Program-made: the position numbers and the translations under genes
Source of the DNA: an uncultured delta proteobacterium
GTDB lineage: Bacteria; Myxococcota; Myxococcia; Myxococcales; Myxococcaceae
NCBI GenBank assembly: GCA_963771175.1
Contig: CAVYSY010000050.1
Coordinates: 64,001-128,000, forward strand
Direction of reading: 5' to 3'
DNA length: 64,000 nt
The notes under the pieces: generated by a model
Databases searched by the model: none
The model's input: the letters and a program-made list of their open reading frames with translations, nothing else
What the model was told of the DNA's origin: nothing
Shown: positions 1-11,233 of the stretch, piece after piece
How the letters are laid out: every line of letters begins with the position of its first letter
Numbering within the stretch: the stretch's first letter is position 1

Positions 1-2
1 CG

Positions 3-659
3 AACAACGGCGGGTGCGTCCGCTCGACGACCCCGACGCCCCAGTCCTACGGCTCGGCTCCGGGTGACTGGGCCTCCTGCACCCCGCAGCTCGCGGCCTG
101 GAGCTCGCGCGACGGCAAGACGACCTTCAAGACGGCGGACCTCGAGCCGGCGGACAGGGCCGTGCCGCAGATGGCCGTGTTCCAGGGGCGGCTCTACCTC
201 GCGCGCAACACCTCGGTCGGACCCCAGCTCTTCGTCTGTGACCCGGCACGAGGGGGTTCCCCGACGGACTGCGATCCAGGGGACTGGTCCCTCGTGGCCC
301 CCAACTCCATGGGCGACGTGCTGCTCACCCAGTTCAACAACACGGCCAACACCGCCCTGTCTCTCCTGGTGGCCACCTCGCACTCCCTCTATGTGGGCTT
401 CGACAATGGCGCGCAGGGCACGGTGTTGCTGCGCGCCACTGGCTCGGCTCCGAGCGCCCGCTCGGACTTCACGGGAACGGCCGGGTGCCCCGCTGCGCAG
501 CACCCCGCCACGTGCGCGGGCCTGGGCGGCAATGGGCTGGGCGTGGGCGCCACGCGCATCTTCGACGGCGTGGTTTCCAGCCTCGGCGGCACCGACGTCG
601 CCTACTTCACGGCGGGGAATGGCTCCTCGGCGGTGCGGCTCTTCCGGATGCCGGACTGA
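3..659 (+). CDS. Partial (5'-truncated by window) hypothetical protein, probably secreted and beta-rich
   Basis: The frame of ORF 162..659 is open back to position 3 (NNGGCVRSTTPTP...), has GC-rich third positions and stops at TGA 657-659. Confidence 0.7.
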   Translation, partial: NNGGCVRSTTPTPQSYGSAPGDWASCTPQLAAWSSRDGKTTFKTADLEPADRAVPQMAVFQGRLYLARNTSVGPQLFVCDPARGGSPTDCDPGDWSLVAPNSMGDVLLTQFNNTANTALSLLVATSHSLYVGFDNGAQGTVLLRATGSAPSARSDFTGTAGCPAAQHPATCAGLGGNGLGVGATRIFDGVVSSLGGTDVAYFTAGNGSSAVRLFRMPD

Positions 660-665
660 GCCGCC

Positions 666-1892
666 TCACGAGACCGCGGCGCTCGACTGCTCCAGTGGCT
701 TCGCGGCGTGGGCGTCCCGGACGTGCGGAGGCAGGGAGATGCGGAAGGTGGTGCCCGCGCCCGGACGGCTCTCCACGGTGATGGTGCCGTCCATCCCGTC
801 GATGATGGACTTGCAGATGAAGAGCCCCAGCCCCGTGCCCTCGCCGGAGCGCTTGGTGGTGAAGAAGGGCTCGAAGAGGTGGGGCATGTGCTCGGGGGCG
901 ATGCCCGTGCCGGTGTCCGTCACCTCGGCGCAGGCCTCACCGTTGGGGCCCGTCCACAGGCGCACGCAGATGGCGTGATCGCCGCCGTCCTCGGGGATGG
1001 CCTGGGCCGCGTTGACGACGAGGTTGAGGAAGACCTGCGCCAGGCGGGCCTCGTTGGTCATCACCATCGGCACTTCCTGGTAGTCGCGCACCACGCGAGC
1101 CCGGTAGCGGATGTGCACCAGCGCCATCTTCAGCGCCGCGTCGAGCACCTCGCGCGGATCCACCAGCATGTTCTCGTCTTCCGAGTCCCGCGCGAAGGTC
1201 TTCACATCTCGCGCGATGTGGCGCACGCGCTCGGCGCCCTGGCGGATGTCGCCCAGGGTGGACTGCACCACCTGGAGGCGCGCGGCCAGCGTGTCCGGCT
1301 CCGGGCTCGCAGGCTCGCGGCGCGGCTGGCGCTCGAGCGCCTTGACCAGGGACGGCAGCTCCTCGTCGAGCCAGTCCAGGTTGGAGAGGATGTAGGTCAG
1401 GGGCGTGTTCACCTCGTGCACCACGCCGGCGGCCAGCAGGCCCAGCGAGGCGAGCCGATCCGCCTGCACCAGCATGGCCTGCATGCGCTCGTGCTCCTGG
1501 CGCATGCGCCACTGCTCCAGGGCCAGCTTGATGCGGTGCTCCAGCGCGTCCACCTCGAAGGGCTTGAGCACGTAGTCGAAGGCGCCCAGGCGCAGGGCCT
1601 CGACGACGCTGTCCACGTTGCCGTACGCGGTGACCATGAGGGCGTTGCAGTCCGGCTGGGTCTTGCGCAGCCACTCGAGGAACTCCAGGCCGCTCTCGCC
1701 CGGCATGTTCTTGTCGAGCAGCGCACAGGCGAAGGAGTGCTTCTCGGCGAGCTTGCGCGCGGAGGCCGCGTCATGCGCCAGGATGGGCTCGGCGCCCACG
1801 CGCTGAACGATGAAGCCGAGCAGGGTGCGCAGGGATGGCTCGTCGTCCACCACCAGCACGTACTCAGGGGTGGGGTTGGCCGTCGTTCTCAT
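666..1892 (-). CDS. Hybrid response regulator / histidine kinase (REC-HisKA-HATPase)
   Basis: VLVVDDE, LLDKNMPG and KPF receiver motifs; H-box GVVHEVNTPL; NLVVNAAQA, DTGTGI and GTGLGL boxes. Start at ATG 1892 (MRTTANP). Confidence 0.92.
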   Translation of the reverse strand: MRTTANPTPEYVLVVDDEPSLRTLLGFIVQRVGAEPILAHDAASARKLAEKHSFACALLDKNMPGESGLEFLEWLRKTQPDCNALMVTAYGNVDSVVEALRLGAFDYVLKPFEVDALEHRIKLALEQWRMRQEHERMQAMLVQADRLASLGLLAAGVVHEVNTPLTYILSNLDWLDEELPSLVKALERQPRREPASPEPDTLAARLQVVQSTLGDIRQGAERVRHIARDVKTFARDSEDENMLVDPREVLDAALKMALVHIRYRARVVRDYQEVPMVMTNEARLAQVFLNLVVNAAQAIPEDGGDHAICVRLWTGPNGEACAEVTDTGTGIAPEHMPHLFEPFFTTKRSGEGTGLGLFICKSIIDGMDGTITVESRPGAGTTFRISLPPHVRDAHAAKPLEQSSAAVS

Positions 1893-2105
1893 CCGCGTGA
1901 CCTCCGGCGGGGGCGGCCCGTGTCTGTCTCCACCACCCCTGTGAGGGGCTGTCCGCCCCACCCCCGAGTGTTTTCTCAGCGGGTGGGGGAAACTGAGGTC
2001 GGCCCGTCTGGGACGCAAGGGAGCAGGCTCGTTCTCGGATTCAGGGAGGCTCCCAGAGGGCTGGAGGTCGTTGACTGGTGGAAGGACGGTTGCCCCGCGG
2101 GGCAA

Positions 2106-5049
2106 TCAGAGGGCGATGCCCACCAGGTGCAGGTCCCCCAGCCCGTCATCGAAGCGCCGGGCGTACTGGTAGAAGAGCGACATCGAGGCCGTCTGCCCGA
2201 AGGTGGTGCGAAGGAAGAGCGCGCCGCCCACGGCCCGGTGGTTGTCTCGCAGGTCCGTGCGCGCCCAGCTCCCGAAGGCCTCCAGCTCCACCTGGCTGAC
2301 GAAGAGGGAGGGGAACAGCCAGAAGAAGGAGCTCCAGCCGTAGTCGATGATGAAGCGGTAGCGGTAGCGCGCGGTGCCGAGGAACACGTTGCGCGCGCTG
2401 ATGGCGAAGTCCTCGTAGCCGCGCAGGTACTCGGAGAAGGTGACGCCCGGCTCGAGGCGCCGTGGCAGGTTGCGCGAGTCCTCGGGGCCCTGGCGTCCCT
2501 CATAGAAGGGGGTGCCGAACTGGATGCCACCCACCTGGAGGAGCCCCTCGGGAGCACCCGGAAGGGCGCGGGCGACGGCGGAGAGCTGGAGGTTGTCGCG
2601 TTGGAGCAGGGGCAGGCCGGGCACGTACGCGTCCACGGTGGCGCGCACGTCCCCGAAGGGGCTCGCGTCGTCGAAGGCGAGGGGGTACACCCCGGCGCCC
2701 AGCGAGAAGCCCAGGCCCCGCTGCGTGCCGCCGTACGAGGTGCTCTCCCCGGCGAAGTACGAGAAGGCGGCCTCCGGGCCCACGAGCGAGGTTCTCACCC
2801 CGGGACGAGTCGAGGTGGAGAACCAGTCCCGGCGCAGCGCCAGCAGGCTGAAGGACACGGGCGTGGTCCAGAAGGTGCGGGACATGGACAGCGTGGCACC
2901 CAGGTCGCGCCGGTCGTTGAACACGGAGCGCTCCGCGGTGAGCTGGATGTACCAGGGCGCGGCCAGGGCGTTGCCGTAGGAGAAGGAGATGCTGGGATCT
3001 CGCCTGTAGCTGTCGAGCTGCACCAGGAGCGCGTACTGGTGGAAGCCCAGCCGATCCTGTCCCGCCAGGGCCAGTCCGGCGTAGGCGACGAGCTGCAGCT
3101 CCTCGGTCCCGTTCCCGTTGTCGAGCGACTCCGGCAGCACGTAGACATACGGGACGCGCAGCTCGGGGCGGAAGAAGTGCTCCAGCGGCGAGTACGGCTC
3201 GTCGGAGAGGATGTTCAGCTCGTGCCCCAGGAAGGGCTCCGAGGCCGCCGGGAGTGGCGTGACCGGTGCCGGGGTGGGGGAGGGCGCGGCCTCCGACACC
3301 GAAGTGGCCAGCGGGGCGATGGGCGCGGTATCGAGCGAGAAGTCGAAGCCGTCGCGGTTGAGGAAGACGATGTCCGAGTCCCCGAGCGGGGCCACGTCCA
3401 TCACCAGGTGGCGGGGCGTCGGTGATGCGCGTGGGCGCGCCGCCGGTCAGGTCGAGGACGTGCGCCTGCCAGCGGCCCTCGTGCTCGCGCACGAAGACGA
3501 GGCGGTTCTCGTCCAGCCAGCGGGGGGCGTAGTTGAAGTGCGTGTCGTCCGTGAGCGCGCGGACGGTGCCATCGGTCTCGAGCAGCGCGAGGTTCCAGCC
3601 CTGCTCCGTCAACCGGGGAAAGACGATGCGCCCGTCGGACGACACCGAGGCCGGCCCGAGCGACTGGCGTCCCTCGAAGCGCGTGAGCGGCGTGCGCTCA
3701 TTGGTGGCGAGGTTCAACCGGTAGAGGTTGGCGGTGTCTCCCGTGACGTGGATGTAGACGTAGGCCTGGCCGTCCGGCGTGACGCCGCCGCCCATGCCCT
3801 CGATGGCCTCCCAGGTCTTCACTACCTCGCCGGTGCGCGCATCCACCTGCCACACCCGGGCGAGGTAGCTGCCCAGGCTGTCGATGTCCGAGGCCAGGAG
3901 GAAGAGGAAGCGCCCGTCGGCGGTGAAGGACGGGCCGCTCATCACGGAGGGGCTGGTGGCGATCCACCGACGGCCGGGGAGGAACTGCGTGAGGCGGCGG
4001 CTGAAGCGCTCGGAGCCGTCGCGCTCGCGCACGGTGAGACGCGGGACCTCCTCGCGTCCGGCGCTCAGGGTGGCGATGGCCCCATCCGTCGGCGAGGCCG
4101 CCAGCCGGGTGAAGTTGCCCACCACCGGGGCGAGCACCCGCTGGGTCGCGGGCCGCTCGCGCGGCGTCAGCTCCCGGGCGAGCTCCTGGGAGAACTGGTC
4201 GAAGAGCGTGCCGATGGTGCGGCCGTATACCCGCTTGAAGCGCAGCGTCACCGCGAGGGGGGAGAGGATGGACTCCCCCTGCTCCTCCACCAGCAGCCAC
4301 AGCTTGTCCTCGCCATACCGCTCCGCCAGCCAATCGATGAAGTAGCTGCCGGTGAGGTAGTTGCCGCCAAAAGGCGCCATCAGCCGCTGCTCGGGGGAGA
4401 GGAAGCCGGCGTGGAAGTCCCCGTCGCGGGCCTGGGTGGCGGCCTCGAAGTAGCCGCGCCACACCGGGCTGTGCGGGCGCCCCCAGGTCCTGCCCAGGTG
4501 CCCCTCATAGTAGGTGGCGAGCCCCTCGAGGAACCAGGACTCGGTGAAGATGTTGGGCTGGAAGAGGCCGCCGGTGACGGTGTTGAGCGCATGCCACAGC
4601 CCGTCCGTCTGCTGCATCTGCACGTAGTGGACGGACTCGTGGCAGCCCACCTCGCCCAGCTCGGCCGGGCCGAAGCCCAGCAGATCGAAGAGCTCCAGCG
4701 TCATCCGGGTCGGCATCACCATCTGCTGGGGGATGCTGGAGACGTCCGGCATCACGTACGCGTTGTTGAAGTCCGCGCTCGTCATGTAGACGAGCGCCCG
4801 AGGGCGCTTCCGTGGACTCTTCGCGAGGCGGCGCAGGCGCTCGACACAGTCCTCGACTCGGGCGGCGATCCGCAGGGCGGCCGGCCGGAACTGGGCCGGG
4901 TAGTACAGCTCCAGGGTCTGCGTGGAGAGCTTCCGCATGTCCTCTCGGACGAAGCTTGTCTGGACGTTCTGCGGAAACCGGGGTGTGACGAAGGCACACC
5001 CGGAGAGGAGGAGGCTGAGCAGTAGGACGGTGGGGAAGCGGCGCGCCAT
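2106..5049 (-). CDS. Large lipoprotein: gluzincin-like peptidase domain + TolB-like propeller + C-terminal beta-barrel-like region; one frameshift near 3412
   Basis: Lipobox LLLSGC, HESVH...WFLEGLATY, propeller-like repeats and amphipathic C-terminal strands. ORFs 2500..5049 and 2106..3404 join at RITDAP/HLVMDVAP. Confidence 0.75.
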
Positions 5050-5158
5050 GCGCCCTCCATCCTAGGTGGTGGCGACAAATCGTGGCGATGAACTTGGTTT
5101 TCGGGGTAAGGGGGTTGGCCGTTCATCACGGTTGAGATACCCGGAACAGGAATCCGCA

Positions 5159-6460
5159 ATGGCCCATCCCTCCCCTCCGCACGTCCAATCCGCCCAGGCC
5201 CAGGTCGCCGCGGCCCTCCAGCAGGTCGAGGGCAAGCCGGTGGACCTTCTCAAGGCTCCGTGGGCGGAGCTGGAAGCGTCCATCGTCAAGCTGCTCGGCG
5301 GTGCCTTCCAGGTGAACAATCCGAACCACCAGGGTCTGGCCCTGGGCCTGGCCGGTGCATTCGCCGAGCGCATGGCCGAGGAGCACGGCGCTTTCTGGTT
5401 CCCCAACCGGGACTCTCCGGAGGGGGCCACGCTGGGCTTCCCTGAAGCCATCATCATGCTGTCCCCGTTCGGGGCGGTGATGGACGCGCTGGCGCAGAGC
5501 AAGCTGTCGAAGCTCGAGGATCTCGCCGCGGACATCCGCCGCTCGCTGGGACAGGTGCGCTTCGCCCCCGGGGCGACGCAGACGCTGGGTGCCACCGGGC
5601 CGAAGATGGGGCCGACGGACTACCAGCGGCTGTTCGATCCGGGCTTCCTGCAGTTCGCGGTGCTGGACTCGGCCAAGGCGAAGGCGACCTTCGAGTCGAA
5701 GCCGGACGCGCTGGCGCGGGACATCCGTGACGCGCTGGGTCGCACCCAGCCGCCGCTGCCGCAGGAGGCTCGCCAGCAGTTCGAGGGGCAGATCGTCCAG
5801 TCCCTGCAGCGGCTGGATGCGAGCCATCCGCTGTCGGATCAGATGGACCGGGCCCCGCGCATCGCGGAGCTGGTGGGCCACCTGTTCGCCACGATCGGTG
5901 GCACGGGCGCGGCGCCCGAGGAGTTCTGGGGCGAGATCGTCCTGCCGCTGCTCTTCATCGGCACGCCGGCGAGCTTCCCGCCGGTGGACGAGGAGGAGAC
6001 CGAGGCCTTCACCCAGGGGGCGCCGCCGCTGGCGCTCTTCGTGGATGTGGTGCCGCACGCGGTGCAGGCGCCGGAGGAAGGGCTGCTGGGCACGTTCGAG
6101 CAGACGGACCTGACGCTGGAGCACCCGGGCTTCGGCAAGGTGGGCGCGCTGCGGCTCATCAAGGTGAACGCGGAGCGCATCAAGCCGCTGCTGGCGACGT
6201 TCGATCCGGACAAGACGATCGACGCGGTGCGTCGCTTCACGAAGTACATGGAGGAGAAGGCCGGCAAGGGCGCTCCGCCGAACCCGCAGGCCGAGGAGAT
6301 GCTGAAGGCGGCCACGGTGCTGCTGACGGATCTCAAGCGGGCGGTGACGGAGAACGGCGACCTGTGCCTGCGCCGTCTCACCGAGGCCGAGGCCGCCTCC
6401 GAGCAGGCCGTGTCGCTGGTGCGCAAGGCCCTGCAGGGTCCGCGCATCATCCTCAGCTAG
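5159..6460 (+). CDS. Hypothetical protein
   Basis: Long ORF with strong GC3 bias, AGGA upstream of ATG 5159; no recognised motif. Confidence 0.85.
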   Translation: MAHPSPPHVQSAQAQVAAALQQVEGKPVDLLKAPWAELEASIVKLLGGAFQVNNPNHQGLALGLAGAFAERMAEEHGAFWFPNRDSPEGATLGFPEAIIMLSPFGAVMDALAQSKLSKLEDLAADIRRSLGQVRFAPGATQTLGATGPKMGPTDYQRLFDPGFLQFAVLDSAKAKATFESKPDALARDIRDALGRTQPPLPQEARQQFEGQIVQSLQRLDASHPLSDQMDRAPRIAELVGHLFATIGGTGAAPEEFWGEIVLPLLFIGTPASFPPVDEEETEAFTQGAPPLALFVDVVPHAVQAPEEGLLGTFEQTDLTLEHPGFGKVGALRLIKVNAERIKPLLATFDPDKTIDAVRRFTKYMEEKAGKGAPPNPQAEEMLKAATVLLTDLKRAVTENGDLCLRRLTEAEAASEQAVSLVRKALQGPRIILS

Positions 6461-6486
6461 CGCTCAGTCCGAGCCTTTGAAGCTCA

Positions 6487-6523
6487 CGGAAGGGCCAGTG
6501 GGGAAACCCGCTGGCCCTTTCCG
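6487..6523. terminator. GC-rich hairpin with GAAA loop between convergent genes (terminator or REP-like)
   Basis: aagggccagtggg-gaaa-cccgctggccctt forms a 13-bp stem with one G-T pair. Confidence 0.65.
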
Positions 6524-6573
6524 CGTTCAGGACCTTCGGGACGCTCGCCCAAGAGGAGAAGAAGCGAAGAGAC

Positions 6574-7008
6574 CTAACGCCTATCCAGAATGCGACCCTG
6601 GCCATCAATGGCATAGGTGGCCCCAGCATCCATGACAATCACATCCAGATTCGTCTCATTCAGGCCGCACCTGGGGAGCTCGGCGGAAAGCGTCACGAAG
6701 AACACGCCATCGGCGCGCAACACCGATACATCATAGGTGTCCCGTCTCGACAAACAACGCGACAGCCTGTCGTCGTGGGTTTGAATCTTGGATCCTGGCG
6801 GCAGAAATTCATTCAAGGCTATCTCAACAGCCTTGAGTGTAGGGCCATCCAAGAACAAACTGCCTGCCGTCGACCTCGGATACTTGACATTTTCTGCGAT
6901 CTCCGGCGGTGCCCACTCCGCCTTTTTCTGGATGTAGAATCGGTAATTACACCCCGTCAGCGCACCAGCGAGGCAGAACAATATCAATGGAAGAAGCGGC
7001 TTCATCAT
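6574..7008 (-). CDS. Small lipoprotein, partner of a JAB-like protein
   Basis: MMKPLLPLILFCLAGALTGC lipobox; ends RCG...DAGATYAIDGQGRIL; resembles the core of 44399..45325; lower GC. Confidence 0.8.
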   Translation of the reverse strand: MMKPLLPLILFCLAGALTGCNYRFYIQKKAEWAPPEIAENVKYPRSTAGSLFLDGPTLKAVEIALNEFLPPGSKIQTHDDRLSRCLSRRDTYDVSVLRADGVFFVTLSAELPRCGLNETNLDVIVMDAGATYAIDGQGRILDRR

Positions 7009-7067
7009 GTCGTCTTGCCTGAAAGAGGACTCAAGTGGGATGTGATTTCGTCGGCTACGGCCTTCTC

Positions 7068-7486
7068 TTACTGTTCCGACAACCAATCCATACCATCGTG
7101 AAGTTGAATATGTCCCTGGTCATTGAGAACCGTTCCAATTTCAAGCCACTTCCCGTTGCGCAAAGCCGAAACAGTTAGGCTTTGATTGTCGAACAGGACG
7201 GCATTGCACTTGCCGGTTCTCTTGTCCCGAAAAAACATCATTGTGCCTCGGTTCGAGACCTGGCCAGCGCCGACGGCAACGCGCGAGGGACGCCAGCGTT
7301 TCATGGCCCTCACATCTTGCTCAGACAACGCAGGGTTCTGTGGATGGTTGTGCGCATCCCCAAGCGTGATGGCATCCTTGTGGCTTGGGTCGTTCAATCG
7401 CCGGGGCACGCTGCACTGTTTCGAACCGTCCGAATGATTCCAGCTCAGATCAGAGAGATAGCTGACGTAGCGGGTTGAGGTATTTC
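7068..7486 (-). pseudogene. 5'-truncated JAB/MPN-like (DUF4329-like) gene
   Basis: HNHPQNPALSEQD motif. The frame extends upstream (NTSTRYVSYLSDLSW...) to a TGA near 7490 with no start or signal peptide. Confidence 0.6.
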
Positions 7487-7575
7487 CTCATTTTCCCCAA
7501 AGAGATGTTCCCATAGGTTGTCGCACCTGGGGCTCCGGGTTGTCCCGCTGGGCGTCAGGCTACGTCTATTGGCTA

Positions 7576-8420
7576 TCAAGAGAAAAGCAGCTTTTCCAGG
7601 GCGGCGCGGGCCTCGGGCGTGAGGCGGTGTCCCACGAGCTGCAACCCGCGCCGTGACAGGGGCCGGTAGACTTCGGCCGCTTCGGGCGGAAGCGCCGCGA
7701 GATGTGCCGCCACCACTCCCGAATCTCCCCGGGCGATCGGCCCGGTGTACCCGGCCGCCAGCCCGCGAGCCTCCACGCCCCGCAGCGCCGAGCGCGTCAG
7801 TGGCAGCAGCGCGGCGAGCGCGTCCTCCTCGGAGATGCCGGCGACTCGGAAGGCCTCCACCGCCGCCGAGAGGGCCGCCACCACTCCACCCGCGCTCAGC
7901 ACGGCTCCGGCGTGGTAGGCGGCGCGGTGCTTCTCCGGCACCCGCAGGGCGTGCAGCCCCACGTCCCTGGCCATCTCGCTCCAGCGTCTCGCGCAGCCAC
8001 CGGGAGCGCGGTACTGACGGCCACTGAGTTCCCCGCCAGCGAGTCGCGCGGATCCGACACCGCGACCAGCGGATGGAAGGAGCCCAACACCCGCCCGCGT
8101 GGAGCACCCAGCGCCTCCAGCGAGAGCGCGCCCGCGCAGTGCACCAGCGCGGCACCGCGTGCCAGCCGGGGCTTCAGCTCCTCGGCCACCGTGGGCACGG
8201 TCTTGTCCGGCACGCACAGGAGACACACCCGCGCCTGGGCCACGTCCTTCTCGGAGGCGGGCTTCAGCCCCAGCTCCAGGGCCCGGCGCCGGCTCTCCTC
8301 GGAGCGCGCCAGCACTCGCACGGGCCAGCGCTTCGCGGCGAGCGCGAGGGCCAGCGCTCCTCCCAGCCGGCCCACGCCCACCACCACCACCCGCGGGCGA
8401 CTGGGACGCGTGGGGCTCAC
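7576..8420 (-). CDS. Rossmann-like + DUF2520 domain protein; frameshift near 8000
   Basis: VVGVGRLGG, HCAGALS and SFHPL in ORF 7896..8420; AYHAGAV and TGPIARGD in ORF 7576..8226. Confidence 0.85.
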
Positions 8421-8423
8421 GGG

Positions 8424-11026
8424 CTAGCGGCTCTCACGCTCGAAGAGCAGCTCGCCGGCCTGCACCGCCACCCGCACCCGGTCTCCCGACATGAACTCGC
8501 CGGCCAGGATCCGCTCGGCCAGGGGCGCCTCCACGAGCCGCTGCACCATCTGACGCATCGGCCGGGCGCCCAGCTTCGGATCGAACCCGCCCGACTTCAT
8601 CAGCAGGTCCACCACGGCCGCCTCGGCCACGTACTCGATGCCCTTCTCCGACACGAGCCGCCGGCTGCTCTCCTCCAGCAGCAGCGTGGCGATCCGCGCC
8701 ACCTCCACCTCGGCCAGCGGCCGGAAGGGGAGCCGCTCGTCGATGCGGTTCCACAGCTCGGGCGGGAGGGCCTGGCGCGCGGCGGCGCTGGCCGAGTCCA
8801 TGTCGCTCTGGCCCTTGGTCTCCGCCGCGGCCGCGTTCCCGAAGCCCAGCGTGCGGCTGGTCTTGTGGAAGGCCTCCGCGCCCAGGTTGGTGGTCAGGAC
8901 GATCACCGTGTTCGAGAAGTCGATGTGGCGGCCCTTGCCGTCGGTGAGGCGGCCCTCCTCGAGCACCTGGAGCAGGAGCATCTGCACCTCGCGGTGGGCC
9001 TTCTCGATCTCGTCCAGCACCACCACGCACGAGGGCCGGCGGCGCACCGGCTCGGTGAGCTGGCCACCGTCGCCGTAGCCCACGTAGCCCGCGGGCGCGC
9101 CGATGAGCCGGGAGACGCCGTGCCCCTCGGACATCTCGCTCATGTCCAGGCGCACCAGCGCGTCCTGGTTGCCGAACAGCACCTCGGCCAGGGCGCGCGC
9201 CATCTCCGTCTTGCCCACGCCCGTGGGGCCCAGGAAGAGGAAGGAGCCCATGGGCCGGCGCGAGGCGAAGCCCGCGTAGTTGCGGCGGATGACTCGGGCG
9301 ATGCGCGAGATGGCCTCCTCGTGGCCGATGACGCGCTCGCCCAGGTCCGCCTCCAGCCGCAGCAGCCGCGCCGAGTCCGTCATCAGCAGGCGCTCCTCGG
9401 GGATGCCGGCGATCTTCGCCACCACGCGCGCCACGTCCGCGGCCTCCACCAGCTCCTTGCCCTCGCGCCGGCAGCGCGAGCCGGCCAGGTCCACCACCGA
9501 GATGGCCTTGTCCGGCATGAAGCGGTCCGTCACGTAGCGCGAGGCCAGCGAGGCGGCGGCCTCCAGCGACTCGGGGGCGTAGCGCAGGCCGTGGTGCTCC
9601 TCGTAGCGGCCGATGATGCCCTGGAGGATCTCCACCGTCTCGGGCACCGAGGGCTCGTGCACCACCACCGAGGTGAAGCGCCGCTCCAGCGCCGGATCGC
9701 TGCGAGATGAACTTGCGGTACTCGTCGTGCGTGGTGGCGCCGATGCAGGGGAACTCGCCGCGCGCCATCGCCGTCTTCAGCTCGTTGGCCGCGTCCTGCG
9801 GGCCCTCGCCGGTGGAGCCCGCGCCCACCAGCGTGTGGATCTCGTCGATGAAGACCACCACGCGCCCGTCCGCGCGCTTCACCTCGTCCTTGAGGGCGTT
9901 GAGCTTCTCGGAGAACGAGCCGCGGAGCTGCGTGCCGGCCACCAGCGTGGCCATGTCCAGCTCGAGGACGATCTTCTCGGCCAGGGCGCCGCGCAGCTCC
10001 AGCAGGCGCTGGGCCACGCCCTCCACCACGGCCGTCTTGCCCACGCCCGGCTCGCCCAGCAGGCAGGGGTTGTTGGTGCGCCGCTTGCCGAGGATGTCGA
10101 TGATCTCCTCGATCTCCTTGGCGCGGCCCACCACCGGGTCCAGCTTCCCCTCCTGGGCGAGCCGGCTCAGGTTGCGGCCCAGCGAGGTGAGCATCGGGAA
10201 GCGCTTCTCGTCGAGCACCAGCGGGGCGGCGGTGCGGTGCGGGGCGGCCGGGCGCGGCGCGGGAGCAGGAGCGGGCTGGGACGGGGCCGGAGCCAGGACG
10301 GCCGGGGTCGGCGGCGGGGTGCGAGTCGGCGCCGGGGGCGCGGGAGGCGCGGCCGGAGTCAGGGCGGCGGGGACCGGCGGCGGGGTGCGCGTCGGCGCCG
10401 GGGCACCGGCGTGGGCTCGGGGCATCGAGCGCGTCCTCGTGGACCTCGTCGATGAGGTCACGCGGGGAGATGGCGGGCCTGGACGGTGGCCGGGGTGGCG
10501 CGAGGGCGGGGCGCGGCATGCTCACCGCGAGGGCGGAGGCAGGCGGAGCCGAGGGCGGGGCACCCAGGGGCCGGGTCGGACGGGGCATGGCCACCGTGGT
10601 GGCGGTGCGGCCCGGCTGGAACCGGCGGGGCGTGTTCCCGCTGAGGCAGTAGGAGAGGGCGGTGTTGCCCAGGGTAGTAAGGTGCAGGCCCGTCTTCGAC
10701 AGCAGCTCGCTGGCGGCGCACCGCATCCGGGTGAAGGCCACGAGCAGGTGCAGGCAGTCCGTCTCCCGGGCGCCGCTGCTCTGGGCGATCTCCCTCGCCC
10801 TCATGCACAGCTCGCGGACGAGCCCGTCCTGCTCCGAGGGCTGGGACGTCATCGTCTCGAGGAGGCTGTCTTCGTCGATGCCCTTGTCCTTGAGGAGGAG
10901 CTGTGCCCGGTTCTCCACCGTGAAGAGAGCCAGCAGCAGGTGTGCCGAGGTGAGCTTTTGTGCCACGCTCTGGGCGATGTCGTTGGCTTCGTGGAGTACC
11001 TGGGCGAGATCCGTGCTGTCGACCAT
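8424..11026 (-). CDS. Clp/Hsp100 AAA+ ATPase (ClpA/B/C family) with Pro-rich linker; frameshifts near 10400 and 9705
   Basis: Clp N-domain (AHLLLAL); GKLDPVVGR, GEPGVGKT and FIDEIH; second AAA domain GPTGVGKT, LDEIEKAH and GARP. Confidence 0.93.
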
Positions 11027-11233
11027 TCGAACTCCGGCAGGCGAGCAGCCGAGCACATACACCCTTCGGATCCGTGCGGCAAAATTTCCGCTACAGCTCG
11101 CTACATCTTCCACCCCCCACGTGGTCGAATCCGGGAATCAAGTGCCTGCTTGCCAGTTGCGGGGGCCCGTTGTCATCCGGCTTGCAATAGCGCGCCTGCC
11201 TGGGCGTACATCCCGTCGCCCCGAACACCTCTT

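Noticed and set aside
708..3425. Long antisense/shadow ORFs, e.g. 708..3425, 28362..30521 and 31572..33860
   Set aside because: Expected in high-GC DNA opposite real genes; no motifs.
10300..10410. Duplicated PAPTRTPPP segment in the Clp ATPase
   Set aside because: Ordinary expansion of a Pro-rich linker.
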